64,000 nt of DNA. Source: Octopus vulgaris. Its lineage: Eukaryota. The notes under the pieces were generated by a model, which saw only the letters and a list, made by a program, of their open reading frames with translations, was not told the DNA's origin and ran no database searches. The position numbers were made by a program, and so were the translations under genes. The DNA lies in NCBI GenBank assembly GCA_951406725.2, contig OX597829.1:39556001-39620000 (forward strand), given 5' to 3'. Positions 12,239 through 27,709 of this stretch are shown here, one piece after another. Position 1 is the first letter of the stretch. Every line of letters begins with the position of its first letter.

Positions 12239-15089
12239 TTATTATGTCTTTATTATTTCACTTGCCAGCTATGATCTGAACCAAATCATTGTCAGTGACA
12301 GATATCAATTTATGAAATTGCTACTAAATGCAGAAGTGTACTTATATAAACCATGCAATCCTTTTATTAACATTTTTGAATTGTGTTTTGGTATTTACAA
12401 AGTTGAGTGGTTGACTGACTCCCCAAATTCTGACCACATATTCTGTAACTAGTTCACATTGTTCAATGATCCCAGGTACTTAACTGTAGTAGTTCTACCC
12501 AACAGTAAAATAGCTCCCAAAAACCGAATTGAAAACGAATTTTGAAACCCTCAGAACTCAATTTAGCTCCAAAGAGCCACCATGTAAAAAGCATCCATGC
12601 TTGTGCCACATAAAAAAAACAAAAACACCTATGTTGACTCATAAAAAGCACTGAGTACACTCTGTAAAGGCAATTGGTGTTAGCAAGGGCATCATGCTGT
12701 AGAAACCATGCCAAAACAGACAATTGTAGCCTGGGGCAGCCCTTCAGCTTCCCAGCTATTTTATACTGCCCCCCCCCCCCCCCACAAGGGGCTACACACA
12801 CAGGGGACAAACAAGGACAGACAAATGGTTTAAGTTGATTATATCGACCCCAGTGCATAACTAGTACTTATTTAATCGACCCCGAAAGGATGAAAGGCAA
12901 AGTTGACCTCGGCGGACTTTGAACTCAGAACGTAACCGGCAGACGAAATACCGCTAAGCATTTCGCCCGGCATGCTAACGTTTCTGCCAGCTCACCACCT
13001 TCAAACCATCCAACCCATGCCATCATAGAAAACAGACATTAAATGATGATGATGATGATGATGATGATCACTGAAATTACAAACGGTCCCTTGATATGAA
13101 GAAGTTGGGCAATAAAGTGTTCTGATTTTTTTTATTTAAAAATGATACACTCACTAATAAACTTGTTGCTTTTAACTTTGCGCAAACAGATGATTTTTGA
13201 TTGGGTTTGCCATTGTAGCAACCATTTTTCATTGGGTAACTTCTTTCATATCATTGGTTCATCAAATTTAAGGGTTTCACTTGCATATGCAAAAACGAAG
13301 GATGATTTATATGAATCAGAAATTTCTCTTCCAACATTTTGACAAACACACTCAATATTTTTAGCTTCATCATTCTCAGACACATTGCAAAGATCTCTCA
13401 CAAGATGCACATACATGTCAGTTTCCCCTTTCTCCCCCTCTCTACTCGTCTAATTAAAGTATGTGATACTCAGCTAAACGCTTTTAATTTTTTGTGTGTG
13501 CCCGTGCTAGTAGGGTGCCAAGAGCACCATCCGAGTGTGATCGTTGCCAGAGCAGCCAACTGGCTTCCGTGCTGGTGGCACGTAAAGGGACACCATTCGA
13601 GTGTGATCGTTATCAACGTCACCTTACTGGCACCTATGCCAGTGGCATGTGTAAAAAGATTCGAGCGAGGTCGTTGCCACTACTGCCTGACTGGCCCCCT
13701 TGCCGGTGGCACGTAAAAAGCACCCAGTATACTCTCGTAGTCGTTGGCGTTAGGAAGGGCATCCAGCTGTAGAAACTCTGCCAAATCAAGATTGGAGACT
13801 GGTGCAGCCATCTGGTTCGCCAGCCCTCAGTCAAAACCGTCCAACCCATACTAGTATGGAAAGCGGACGTTAAACGATGATGATGATGATGTTTCATATG
13901 ATTGTATTTACATAGCTATGCTGAATTACTTGTGTAAAATTCATTGGGCTTATGTACTCTTAACCTATTGGAAACATTCCTTGCATGTGTTTAACGGTGC
14001 ATTCTTGACCCATATCTTCCACGTTGTACAACAGCTGACTTATTATTTATATTAGGTTTTAATTCTCTGAAGATCTTGTGATTCCGTAACCTGTCATTTA
14101 CAGAACATTTCTGCTTGAATCAATTGTCTTGTTTTGTTTGTTTTATTTCACTCCACTCTCACACTCCCTTCCAATCTGTTGACATTTTATAACATCGTAT
14201 CAGCTGATAAATATATAACAGGCGCTGGTATTTTCTTTTATGGAGAAAAGTAAAATAGATGTTTCATTTGTCATCGTTGATAATGAATTTGTATTTTACG
14301 GAGTTTCTAATATTTTTTATAGAGTTTGGGTGGTGAGTGCTGTAGAGTAAAAAAAAAAAAAAAAAAAAAAGTAAGCCTGCACTGAAATTGCCAGTGAGCC
14401 AGTTTCAATATCAGTTGAGGTCGATTCCATGCACAAATGTCATTTACTGCTTGCTCTTGAGAAAGAAAGAAATGTTTCACAAACGCTCTTCTTTTTCTAT
14501 AGAAAGTCAATAAGTCAATATCTTTAGATTAAAATCTAATTCTGAAACTGATTCTCAAATTTCCTGTCAGCTAAATAAATATTTGAGTATAGAGCACTGT
14601 TATTAAGTCTGCAGTAACGACAAGCTCAGTCCAAATTTCATAATTCTTTCAGTAATGAAGAACAACCAGATGATGTTGGTCATCATTGTCATTGCTTTTT
14701 ATGTCAATTTTGCCATACTGGCATTGGTTTTTGCAAAAATACTTGCAGCAGTATTCTTTGACTTGGATGTCCTTCCTGGTGTCAATGCTTGCAGAGCTAT
14801 GGTGTAATTCTCTTCAAACTGCGGTCATCAAGTGCTTCGTTTACAAGTGACACAAGTACTGCCAGCATTGCTGAAATGGTGTCAATGTGAAGATAACACA
14901 AGTGTATATTGATGTTAGGAGGGACATCCAGCTGTAAAACCCATGCCAAAGTAGACAGTGGAGTTTGGCACAGTCCTCTTGGCTTAGCACCTTCTGTCAA
15001 ACCATCCAACCCATGCCAACATGGAAGACAGATGTTAAATGATGATGAAGATACATACATATATATATATATATATTGGCAGTGGCAGT

Positions 15090-15705
15090 ATCATCATCAT
15101 CATCATCGTTTAATGTCTGCTTTCCATGCTAGCATGGGTTGGACGATTTTGACTGAGGGCTGGCAAACCAGATGGCTGCACCAGGCTCCAATCTTGATCT
15201 GGCAGAGTTTCTACACCAACCACTTCGAGAGTGTAGTGGGTGATTTTTACGTGCCACCGGCATGGGGTACAGTCAGGCGGTGCTGGCCATGATATTGCTT
15301 GAATCTTTTTACACGTGCCACTGGCACAGGTGCCAGTGAAGCGGCGTTGGTAACAATCACACTCGAATGGTGCCCTTTTGCGTGCCACGGGTACGGAAGC
15401 CAGTTGGCTGCTTTGGCAACGATCATGCTCGAATGGTGCCCTTTTACGTGCCACAGGTACGGAAGCCAGTTGGCTGCTCTGGCAACGATCACACTCGAAT
15501 GGTGCCCTTTTATGTGCCACGGGTACGGAAGCCAGTTGGCTGCTCTGGCAACAATCACGTTCGGATGGTGCTCTTGGCACCCTACTAGCAGAAGCACAAG
15601 TGCCAGTAAGGCGACGCTAGTAATAATCATACCCAAATGGTGCTCTTTTATGTGCCACTGGCACGGAAGCCGGTTAGCCGCTGTGTCAACGATCACACTC
15701 GTATG
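15090..15705 (-). mobile_element. Family C retroposon carrying a 63-bp tandem array (~15350-15560, diverged unit near 15630-15700)
   Basis: Repeated CTCGAATGGTGCCCTTTT.CGTGCCACGGGTACGGAAGCCAGTTGGCTGCTCTGGCAACGATCA; (CAT)n tail at 15090. Confidence 0.85.
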
Positions 15706-15899
15706 GTACTCTTTATATATATATATTGGCAGCGACAGTATCTGAGTGTTTATTTTCTTCTTTGCTGAATGCTTCCTTTATGGTGTTGCTGTTGATGACT
15801 CTGTCTCTGTAGACAAATTCATGCATAGAAGAATTTATGGCATTGATTGCATAGCAATGTTGGTGAAAGGTGAGGTTGATTTTGTCAAGCCTTTCTCTC

Positions 15900-16330
15900 C
15901 TGTCATTTGCTTTCTTTCTTTTCTCTTCTTGAGTTTCAAATTTTTGGTTCTGATGGTGATAGAACACTGCCACTTACTGTGGTCCTGGACCTATGTCTCA
16001 AATGATTTAGGCTTGAGTCCTGTGGACTTTAGTGTTGCTTTGGGTTGGTCTTTGTATTTTCCTGAAGTGAGCTCACTGAATAAAGACTTGGCATGGGAAC
16101 CTTGGCTCTTCTATTCTTGCTACATGCCCCGACCATTGAAGATGAGTGTTCCATGATTAGCAATTTGAAACTTTGTTGGCTCTTTCCAGAACTTTGATGT
16201 TGGTCACATAGTGTTGCCATTTGATGCTCAGATTGAACGAAGCTTTTGTTGGTGAAAGCATTCTAATATTTAGATGTTGCAATGATATAGAGTTCAGGCT
16301 TTGCAGCCATATAAGCAAGGTTGAAATGAC
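15900..16330 (-). mobile_element. RTE-clade LINE, decayed C-terminal ORF fragment
   Basis: Minus-strand frames give IKWQHYVTNIKVLERA, LQWSGHVARIEEPRFP and SELTSGKYKDQPKATLKSTG...QDHSKW, the typical RTE post-RT motif series, broken by stops and frameshifts. Confidence 0.75.
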
Positions 16331-16502
16331 AGCAGTATTATAGACCATATATATGTAAGCACAGGCACACACATGCATGTATATATAACCATAACCAAAA
16401 TGGCAGCTGTCACTCATAATCAAGCTGACTTGGTAACATGTGCTATGCATTTTTATAATGGTTTTTGATGCATATCTAGTTACACACAGACATAGACACC
16501 AT

Positions 16503-16926
16503 CTTATTTGATTATTGCCCACAAGGGGCTAAACATAGAAGGGACAAACAAGGACAAAAAAGAAAAAAGGAATAAGTCGATTACATCGACCCCAGTGCGT
16601 AACTGGTATTTATTTAATCGACCCCGAAAGAATGAAAGGCAAAGTCGACCTCTGTGGAATTTGAACTCAGAACATAACGGCAGACGAAATACCTATTTCT
16701 TTACTACCCACAAGGATCTAAACACAGAGAAGACAAACAAGGACAGACAAACGGATTAAGTCGATTATATTGACCCCAGTGCGTAACTGGTATTTATTTA
16801 ATTGATCTCGAAAGGATGAAAGGCAAAGTCGACCTCGGTGGAATTTGAACTCAGAACGTAACGGCAGACGAAATACTGCGAAGCATTTCGCCCAGCATGC
16901 TAATGTTTCTGCCAGCTCACCGCCAT
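16503..16926 (-). mobile_element. Tandem dimer of SINE family A
   Basis: A full copy is joined to a 5'-truncated copy at GACGAAATACC|TATTTCTTTAC. Confidence 0.85.
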
Positions 16927-17570
16927 TAGATATCATCTTGGTCATCCTGTTCTTGACCTTGTGTTCATTGAGGATGAGACAGCCAGAAGGAGAGAAGGCA
17001 ACACTCAACTCATTTTCTACTGACTTGACTGGAGCAGCATGAAATGAACATCCTTGCTGATCCTGGAATCAAAAACATCTGATTTTATGATTGTGGGCTC
17101 AACTCACTGACCACCTGACTGTGCACATTCACAAACAGAAACGTTTGCATGCCATTTGTAAGTACATATATACATACATGCTTGGAGGTCTGTATCACTG
17201 TGTCACTTCGATTCCATCTGATGATTACATTTAAGGTACATGTATCTACGAAGGCGGTGAGCTGGCAGAAACGTTAGTACGTTGGGTGAAATGCCTAGCG
17301 GTATTTCGTCTGCCGCTACATTCTGAGTTCAAATTCCGCCGAGGTCAACTTTGCCTTTCATCCTTTCGGGGTTGATAAATTAAGTACCAGTTACGCACTG
17401 GGGGTCGATGTAATCGACTTAATCCGTTTGTTTGTCCTCTCTGTGTGTAGCCCCATGTGGGTAGTAAAGAAATAGGTACATGTATCTATGGGATACTCAA
17501 CCACTTGAATTGTAGTTCAATAAATTGGTAGTGCAGTTAATTGAAACGAACAGAGGATTGATTTACATTT

Positions 17571-17613
<43 letters not shown>

Positions 17614-17994
17614 TGCATGTGTATGTATATGTGTGTGTAAGTATGAGTGTGTGTGTGTAAGTAAAGCTTTGTCAGTTTCTTGTTTTACCTACTAAAAGCT
17701 AATGTCTGAAGACTTGTGCTAATGCTTACTTAAGTATTGGCTCTTTGTGCAGAAGCCATTTAACAGTTAATTTTCCTCTCAATATTTCTGTCCCACTTCA
17801 ACCAGTGTACATTTATATATTTATTTAGTAACTCCCTCATCACGTTTGTTTGGCATGTACAAATAGTGCCTATGCTCAGCTGAAGAAGTCGTTATAAAAC
17901 TGAAACATGCATGGAGTTGTCTCCCATCCTTACTAAAATAATTAAAAAACTATTAGTTACTGACTATTATTTTTTACTCCTTTCTTATCTCCTA

Positions 17995-18625
17995 CTAGCA
18001 GAATTGCCCGGCGTTGCTCGGGGCTGAATTGCTTGAAAGTACTGTTAATGATTGCACTGAATTATGATGACCATTTTCATCCCCTGGTATTTTGCCTTCG
18101 CCAAGTGCAAGGAGGGTGTGAGGAAATGCTGGTGATGTGATATTACGTCGCATATGAGCACACATATTGGTGTAAAGTTTGAGAGTTACTTCCGTTTATT
18201 TTAAAAAATATGCATTAAAATGGAAAAAAATGATGGTAAATTATTTGTAAAATCATAGAGTTATCTCTCTCTTTCACACATTACTCTCTCTGTCTCTTCA
18301 CACACACTAACAGAAGCACTTCACTTGCACAACATACTGTCTGTCTCCCACACTCCATCAAACACACACACACACACACACATGTACATCAATGAGTCCC
18401 ATGCACGGTAACTTCAAAGGAACTTCCCTCGTCATACAATCACTTTCTCTTAGTCTCTTTCGCTCTCATTACTTATGTAAAAAAATAAAAGTTTTTTACC
18501 TGGCATGACGCGATGCATTGTACTCTCAAAAATGCCAGGTAAATTGTAATTGAAGAAATTCTATATTGTAGATTTGTATAACTCCCAAAGGGAGGCAGAT
18601 AAAATCTGCCTTTTATAATAAGAGA
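17995..18625 (-). mobile_element. Non-autonomous Helitron-like element
   Basis: Minus strand A|TCTCTTATTATAAAAG...CCCGAGCAACGCCGGG-CAATTCTG-CTAG|T. Confidence 0.75.
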
Positions 18626-18626
18626 T

Positions 18627-18982
18627 TCTCTCTATATATAAACAGCAAAATGTCTGTGTCCTTATACAAATCCACAATTTTTCAGTTAGAGGGCTCGCAC
18701 TTCCTATGGTCATTCAAAACCGTCCAAGGGTGGTCGTGCACATCGTTACATTTCCCCAGTCACCCTGCAAAGCCATTAAAAACCAGTAGAAGTAACTTTT
18801 TTGTGAATTTTCTATCCAAAACCCAATCAAAATGCCCGAAACTTGATACGCCAATTGAATGCCAGCTAGCTTTATGTGATTGGTCGGAGATTTGGACAGT
18901 ACTTGTGTCTATGTGTGCATGCACGCAGCTGTATATGCATGCACTAGCACTATGACCTGGCGTTGCTGGGTCATAGTGCTAG
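18627..18982 (+). mobile_element. Non-autonomous Helitron family H, copy 1 (~360 bp)
   Basis: 5' TCTCTCTATATATAAA; 3' long palindrome ACTAGCACTATGACC...GGTCATAGTGCTAG|T. Three copies occur in the window. Confidence 0.85.
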
Positions 18983-19511
18983 TTATTTCTAATTATTTTT
19001 TTTTAATGCTCCCTGTAAAAAAAATTATTAATACTAACATAACTATTATATTTTTATGTGGGTTGTGCCTCTTCACTGAGCTTTTTCTTTCTGTGTATGC
19101 TTTGAATGTTAAAAACAAATCCTGTTATATTTCATTTCTATGTAAAACATTAGAATTTTAGTTACAGGATTATCTTGATAGTGGTGGTTAGGCTAGCAGT
19201 GATGATGGTGGTGGCGATGGCTGTGTTGGTAATGGGTAGTAGTGGTAGTAGTGCTAGTAGTGATGATTCAAATGGTGGTGGTGGTGGTGGTAGTAGTAGT
19301 TGTGGTTGCAATGATAATGATAGGATTGATAGTAACAATGATGACTAACGGTACTTGGTGGTGATGAGTGTAGGATAATGATACCGATAATGGTAGTGAC
19401 GGTGTTGGTGGTGGTGGTGGTAATGATGTCAGTGACCAATAATAACAATGGGCAGTGATTAATTATGATGATCTAGGAAATGATGATGCTGTAATAACAG
19501 GTAGTGAAGAG

Positions 19512-19557
<46 letters not shown>

Positions 19558-20368
19558 TCTGGTTTTATTGGCCACAAGGGCTAATATAAATCAAAAATAT
19601 ATAAGGACAAACACAAGACAAAACAGTACAAAGGGTTTTGCGAAAAAGTAAGAGGTCCACGTAAACATTAACAGTGAAAAATATAACAGTTAGAAAGAAC
19701 TCAATAGGGGGAGGGGCTTTGAAAGGTTACTCGTGGAAAAACCCATTAAACTACAGGAGCCTGGTCAAAAGGGGTGTAGAGAGCCCCTTTCTCCTTTTAT
19801 ATTCCTTTTTTTTTTTTACAGGTGTTACCTCAGAACTGGTCTGTTCATACTGGCCATTTTAACTGGCATTCGCCCACCTTTCAATAAATTAGCTGCAAGA
19901 CAGCACTTCCCTCTCTGATCTCACCTTCCTTTTTCAAGTGAAACTTGAAAAAGTTGATGAGGCTCAAGTTGATGAGACTCAAGCCCTTTCAAATGGATCC
20001 ACCATGTGGATGAGACTCCACCAAGTTGATGAGACTCAAGCCCTTTCAAATGGATCCACCATGCCACCTCTTTCACTACAGCCACCAGACAAATGAAAAT
20101 TGCCTTGCCCTTTCCGGTTAAAGGAGGTTGGCAGGGCAATCTTCACTGTGATGATGATGATGATAATAATAATGATAATAATAATAATGATAATAATAAT
20201 CTTTTCTACAATAAAGGCACAAGGCCTGAAATTTGGTGGCGGTGGTGGTGGTGTTGATGGTTAAGTTGATTACATTGACTCCAGTACTTGACTGGTACTT
20301 AATTTATTGACCCCGAATAGATGAAAGGCAAAGTTGACCTCGGTGGAATATAATTATAATAATAATGA

Positions 20369-20406
<38 letters not shown>

Positions 20407-21172
20407 ATAATAATAATAATAATAATAATAAGGCACAATAATAATAATATAGGCACAAAGCCCCGATTTTTGTGGTGAGGGGGACAGTCGATCAGATCGA
20501 CCTCAGTACTCAACTGGTACTTAATTTATCGACCCCGAGAGGATGAAAGGCAAAGTTGACCTTGGCAGAATTTGAAACGAGCAGCGTGATTGAGTAGGGG
20601 ATGGCAGAAGTAGGGGTGGGGATGGGCACTGTGTAAAAAAAAAAGGTGTCGGTGCTAAAACCCTCCCCCCACCCCCCGTTATTTTTTTTGTTTGCTTGTT
20701 TTTTCTTCTTTCTAATTGGAGATGTAGATGAGGCAAACTAAGTTTCAATGTGGTTTTTTTTTCTTTGTTGTCTTTTCTTTTTTTTTTTGTTCCCCCTCCC
20801 CTTAATGTGGTTATCACCTTATAGCAGCAAGACATTTAAAAAAAAAAGCGACATTTAGTCTCGTTCTTGATTCCATACTACATTGCAAAGAAAGAGAAGA
20901 ATGAAGGAAAAAAAAGGTGAACACAGAAGAAGTAGTTAGAAGCATTAACTACACATCTTATAGCATATATCTTGGCGCTTTTCATTCTGTGTCTTACTAG
21001 TTAACAGGTTGCAGCTGGTTCCAGAGAAGTTTAGTTTTTGTTTTTTTTTTTTGTTCCCCCCCCCCATATTTTTTTTTCTTCATTTTTCTTTTTATCTCAG
21101 ATTTTCTTGGCCATCTTTTTTTCTCTGTTTGGTTTTTTTCTTTTTTCTTTTTTTTTGATTTATCCATCTATT

Positions 21173-21220
<48 letters not shown>

Positions 21221-21368
21221 TTTGTCTTTAACCTCTGTGTAGAAGCACATCTGCTGTTGCAGAAGTGGTTTGTGTGTCAACCGTTGGGTTGATACCTAAC
21301 AACATTATTCTGCTGGAGCAAGCAGGTTTTGTTGACAAAGCTGATGTCTGCTTTTCTATTTGTAGAAG

Positions 21369-21392
21369 CTCTCTCTCTCTCTCTCTGCTCTC

Positions 21393-21425
<33 letters not shown>

Positions 21426-21560
21426 GGCACTCTCACTCTCTCTCTCTCTCTCTCTCTCTCCCCTTTTCTTAATCACCAAGACTCTTGCTGTCTTTCGCTT
21501 TTACCTTCTCTTTTCCTATCTTCTCTTCATCAGTTTTATCTTTATCCACTTTCTCTATCC

Positions 21561-21591
<31 letters not shown>

Positions 21592-21797
21592 CTTCTTAAT
21601 CATTGTGTTTCTTCCTGTCTTTCCCTTGTATCTTCTCTTTATCAGTTTTATCTTTATCTACTTTCTCAGTTTCTCTCTCTTTTCTATCCTTTTCTCCCCC
21701 ACGGGCTCTCTCTCTGTCTGTCTGTCTGTCTCTCTGCTCTCTCTGCCTTTCTCTTGTCTTTTCTCTTTTCCTATATTCCTATCTTATCTTTCTCTCT

Positions 21798-21835
<38 letters not shown>

Positions 21836-22070
21836 TCATGCACACACACACACACACACACTTTCCCTCCCTCCCTCCTTTCTCCCTGCTTATGCATGCA
21901 CATACACACACATTTTCCCTCCCTCTCCCTCTCTCTGTGCATGCATGCATGCACACACACACTTTCCCTCTCTCCCTCTCTTTCTCCCTGCTCATGCACA
22001 CGCACACACACACACACACACACTCTCTCCTTTTCTCTCTCCTTCTCTTTCCCTCCCGCCATCTCCCTCA
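21369..22070. repeat. CT/CA-rich low-complexity tract
   Basis: (CT)n, (CTGT)n and (CA)n arrays; source of spurious long ORFs. Confidence 0.9.
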
Positions 22071-22802
22071 GCAAGCTATTGCTGTCTTGGAGAAAATACA
22101 CAGACTCTTAAAAAATATAAAGTATGTTGAATGGGTGGAACCCCAGACAAAAGTAGGTCTTGTCATGTTTAGTTGACAGCCCTTTGCATTCCAGGTTCAA
22201 ATTCTCTTTAGGTTGATTTCTACCACCACCACCTTCCCTCGTCAAGTCCTCCTGGTTGTTGATAAAATATCAAGGAGTTGAGCATTATTGAACCAACTGT
22301 GCCTTCTCCTCAAATACTAACTAACCCAATTTTTAAGGGCTGTTTTTTTACCTTTAATTCATACTCTCTTTCTCTCTCTTTCTTCTTCTTTCTCTCTCTC
22401 ACTCTCTCTCTCTTTTTCTTCTTTCTCTCTCTTACTCTTTCTCTCTCTCTCTCTCATCAAGCAAAATGACATTCTTTTATCTTCTTTTTTTTTCGTCTTT
22501 TATTTTTTACTTGTTTCAGTCATTGGACTGTGGCCATGCTGGGGCACCACCTCATAGGATTTAGTTGAACAGGTCTGCCATAGTACATTGTTTTTCTCTT
22601 AAATTCTAGTACTTATTCTGTCATCGTCCTTTTGCTGAATTTCTAAGTTATGGGGATGTAAACAAACCAGCACTGGCAGTCAAGCAGTGGTGGTGGGCAA
22701 ACATAAAGACATTCCCTTCCGGTCATTCAATGTGACTGCAAGTGTAATCGTTGGCAATTTTCTTTCTCTGTCTTCCCTTCCTTGGATCTTTCCATTTTCT
22801 AT

Positions 22803-22837
22803 GTTTCTGACGAAGAGCTCCGCTCGAAACGTTAAAT
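22803..22837 (+). ncRNA. Minimal Penelope-type hammerhead with intact core, in a repeat at ~22733-22882 (second copy ~49271-49468)
   Basis: GTTT-CTGACGA-A-GAGC-tcc-GCTC-GAAA-CG-TT-AAAT, with palindromic AACGTT in place of stem III. Confidence 0.7.
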
Positions 22838-23038
22838 CCTCCTTTCTTTCCCTTCCCGAGCATCCAATAACACTATACTTGTAAGCCTAGTATTTATTCT
22901 ATCGGTCTCTTTTGGTGAACCACTAAGTTAGGGGGGGGCATGACAACATTAGCATCGGTTGTCAAGTGAAGGCGGGCTGGGGGGCAAACACAGACACACA
23001 AACATATACACACACACATACATACATACGTACATATG

Positions 23039-24919
<1,881 letters not shown>

Positions 24920-25745
24920 CTGGCTTCTTTCAGTTTCTTATTTCTTTACTGCCCACAAAGGGCTACACACAAAGGGGACAAACAAGGACAGACAAAGGGA
25001 TTAAGTCGATCACATCGACCCCAGTGCCTAACTGGTACTTATTTTATCGACCCCGAAAGGATGAAACGCAAAGTCAACCTTGGTGGAATTCAAACTCAGA
25101 ACGTAACGGCAGACGAAATACCGATAAGCATTTCGCCCAGCATGCTAACGTTTCTGCCAGCTCACTGCCTTCTTTCAGTTTCTGTCTCCCAAATCCACTC
25201 ACAAGGCTTTGGTTGGCCTGATGCTATAGTAGAAGACACATGCCCAGAGCGCCATGCAGTGGGACTGAACCAGGAACCATGTGGTTGGTAAGCAAGCTAC
25301 TTACCACACAGCCAGTCCTCCGCCTATGTTTTTCTTTATTTTTCTTTTATTTTTGGTGGGTGTAGGGGTTTCTCTTTTATGCATCAGATTCAAAATATGC
25401 ATTTGTATTGGGCTGAAATTATAAAGTTTAATTTGAATTATTTATCATTTTTGTGTGTGGAGGTTGGGAGCAGACATTTTGTCCTTGTGTTGACATGCAC
25501 TCTGTTCCAATATCTCTTATAGTTTGCAAATGGTATGACAATGCCAAATACAATAAACATTTGTAATAAATCAATTTTATGTGCTAATGATCAATAAATT
25601 TGAAAGGTTATTATGCAACAATGTTTTCTCAGTGTTTTTTTCTTTAAAATTTTTTTTCTCTCGGGTTTTATTTATTTATTGTTTTTTAAATAACTTTTCT
25701 TGGATGCTTTTTGAAGCTGTCAAGCAGCATTCTTTTGTATTTGTC

Positions 25746-26158
25746 TCCTCCTCCTCCTCCTCCTATTCATCCTCTCTTCCTCTCCTCCTTCCCCTCCTCC
25801 CTTCTCCTCTTCCCCTTTTCCCCTTTCCTCCTCCTCCCCATTTCTCCTTCCCTTCTCTGCTTCCTTCTCTTCCTTTTCCCCTCTCCTCCCCATTTCTCCT
25901 TTTCCCCTCTCCTCCCCATTTCTCCTTCCCTTCTCTGCTTCCTTCTCTTCCTTTTCCCCTCTCCTCCCCATTTCTCCTTCCCTTCTCTGCTTCCTTCTCT
26001 TCCTTTTCCCCTCTCCTCCCCATTCCTCCTTCCCTTCTCTGCTTCCTTCTCTTCCATTTCCCCTCTCCTCCCCCTCTCCTCCCTCCTCTCTTCCTACTCT
26101 CCTCCTCCTCTACTTTCCTCCTCCTTCCATTCTTCCTCCTCTCTTCTTTCTCTTTCTC
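25746..26158. repeat. Polypyrimidine minisatellite (repeats of CCTCCCCATTTCTCCTTCCCTTCTCTGCTTCCTTCTCTTCC...)
   Basis: Directly visible recurring units. Confidence 0.9.
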
Positions 26159-26547
26159 CATTTTTTATTGCCGTTGTAGCCAGAATCATTACACTATCAA
26201 GGAAAACCCGCCTCCAAGAACTTGTTCTAGCTCTTTACATTCCGAGTTAAGGTACTTTCCTGAGGTCAGCTTTCCTTTTCATTCTTTAGTGGGGAACAAT
26301 AAAATAAAAAGTATCAGTTACGATCTAGGCTTTGATGTGATTGACTAACTCCTAGCCTCAGAATATCTGGTCTTGTGCCTAAATTAGAAGCTACCATTTT
26401 TCGACTAGTTCTTTCTCAGAATTGCTAGAACAATGAACAAAATGCCCTGGTATATTCCTTTTTGACAAAGTACCAGTCAAGTGCTGGGATAGGGTGGGGT
26501 GCAAGTCAAAGTTGCTGGCACTGTACCTAAATTGGAAACTATTATTA

Positions 26548-27298
26548 TTACCTCCATCTTAGCGAAAGTGGAGATGTAAACACACAAACGATGGTGGGAG
26601 ACAAAGTCAGACACACAAATACATACATATTTATATAATGATGGGCTTCTTTCAGTTTCCGCTTACCAAATCTACTCAGAAGGCTTTGGTCAGCCTGAGG
26701 TTATAGTAGAAGACACTTGCCTAAGTTGCTGTGCAGTGGGACTGAACCTGGAACCACATGGTTGGGAAGCAAGCTTCTTACCACACAGCCACTCCTGCGC
26801 CTATAAACTTCTACTTTTTTTATTCTTTAAATTGTTTCAGTCATCAGACAACGGCCATGCTGGGGCACTACCTTCGAGAATTTTAGTCAAATGAATCAAC
26901 CCCAATATTTCATTTGAAATAACAAAATAAAAAAAACTGGCAATAACAATCAGAAAGGCCCAGTTGTATTTGTTTGTTTGTGTTTGTTTGTCTGTGGACA
27001 AGATATCCCAAGAACCGCTGGATGGATTTGGATGGAACTTTCAGGGTTGTTTGGCCTTGTGACTGGCATGAACTGATTAGATTTTGGGATTGATCTAGTA
27101 CCGAACAAGAATTCTGGATCATTTTTCCGTTTTTTTTTTTTACTTAATTTTTGAGAATCGTTGGTTTCATTTTTAGCACACTCATTTGTGAGAGCAGTCG
27201 AGTTTATTTCAGATATTCTTATTTTAAGAATCATCTCTGGCTAATCATTGAGAGGATGTTAGTGTTGCCTTGGTAAAGGTTTGTGCTCTCTGAGTGCT

Positions 27299-27303
<5 letters not shown>
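26548..27303 (+). mobile_element. Helentron/HINE-like non-autonomous element, interrupted at 26573-26941
   Basis: 5' TTACCTCC...GGAG hairpin, (GTTT)n/GTCT tract, CCGCTGGATGGATTTGGATGGAACTTTCAGG body, 3' CCTTGG....GGTTTGTGCTCTCTGAGTGC stem-loop; inserted in (ATT)n. Confidence 0.6.
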
Positions 27304-27337
<34 letters not shown>

Positions 27338-27660
27338 CCATGGCATTTCATCTGCCCTGATGTTCTGAGTTCAAATTCCACTGAAATTGACTTTGCCTTT
27401 CATCCTTTCGGGGTCGATAAATTAGATATCAGTCAAGTACAGGGTTGATGTGAACAACTTACCCCCTCCCCCAAATTTCAGGCCTTGTGCCTACCTCCCC
27501 CTATTGGGAGTTTTAATTGTTACTTATTTCGTTGTTATCCTGCTTTTGTACACAGACTTTTTTCAAACGGACAAAACCCTTTGTAACTTTCATTCTGTGT
27601 TTTGTCCCTTTATGTTTTAATTGATTTTTGTTAGAGCCCTTGTGGCCAATAAACGAATTA

Positions 27661-27709
<49 letters not shown>

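Noticed and set aside
14323-14332. 10-nt phase 2>0 microexon (AG/GTGAGT) as the missing CC1 exon; likewise 30423-30462
   Set aside because: The exon at 37320-37383 fills the gap with clear STIM homology; these peptides show none.
21265-22176. 303-aa and overlapping L/S-rich ORFs (also 25581-26348)
   Set aside because: Low-complexity CT tracts lacking stops; no domain signal.
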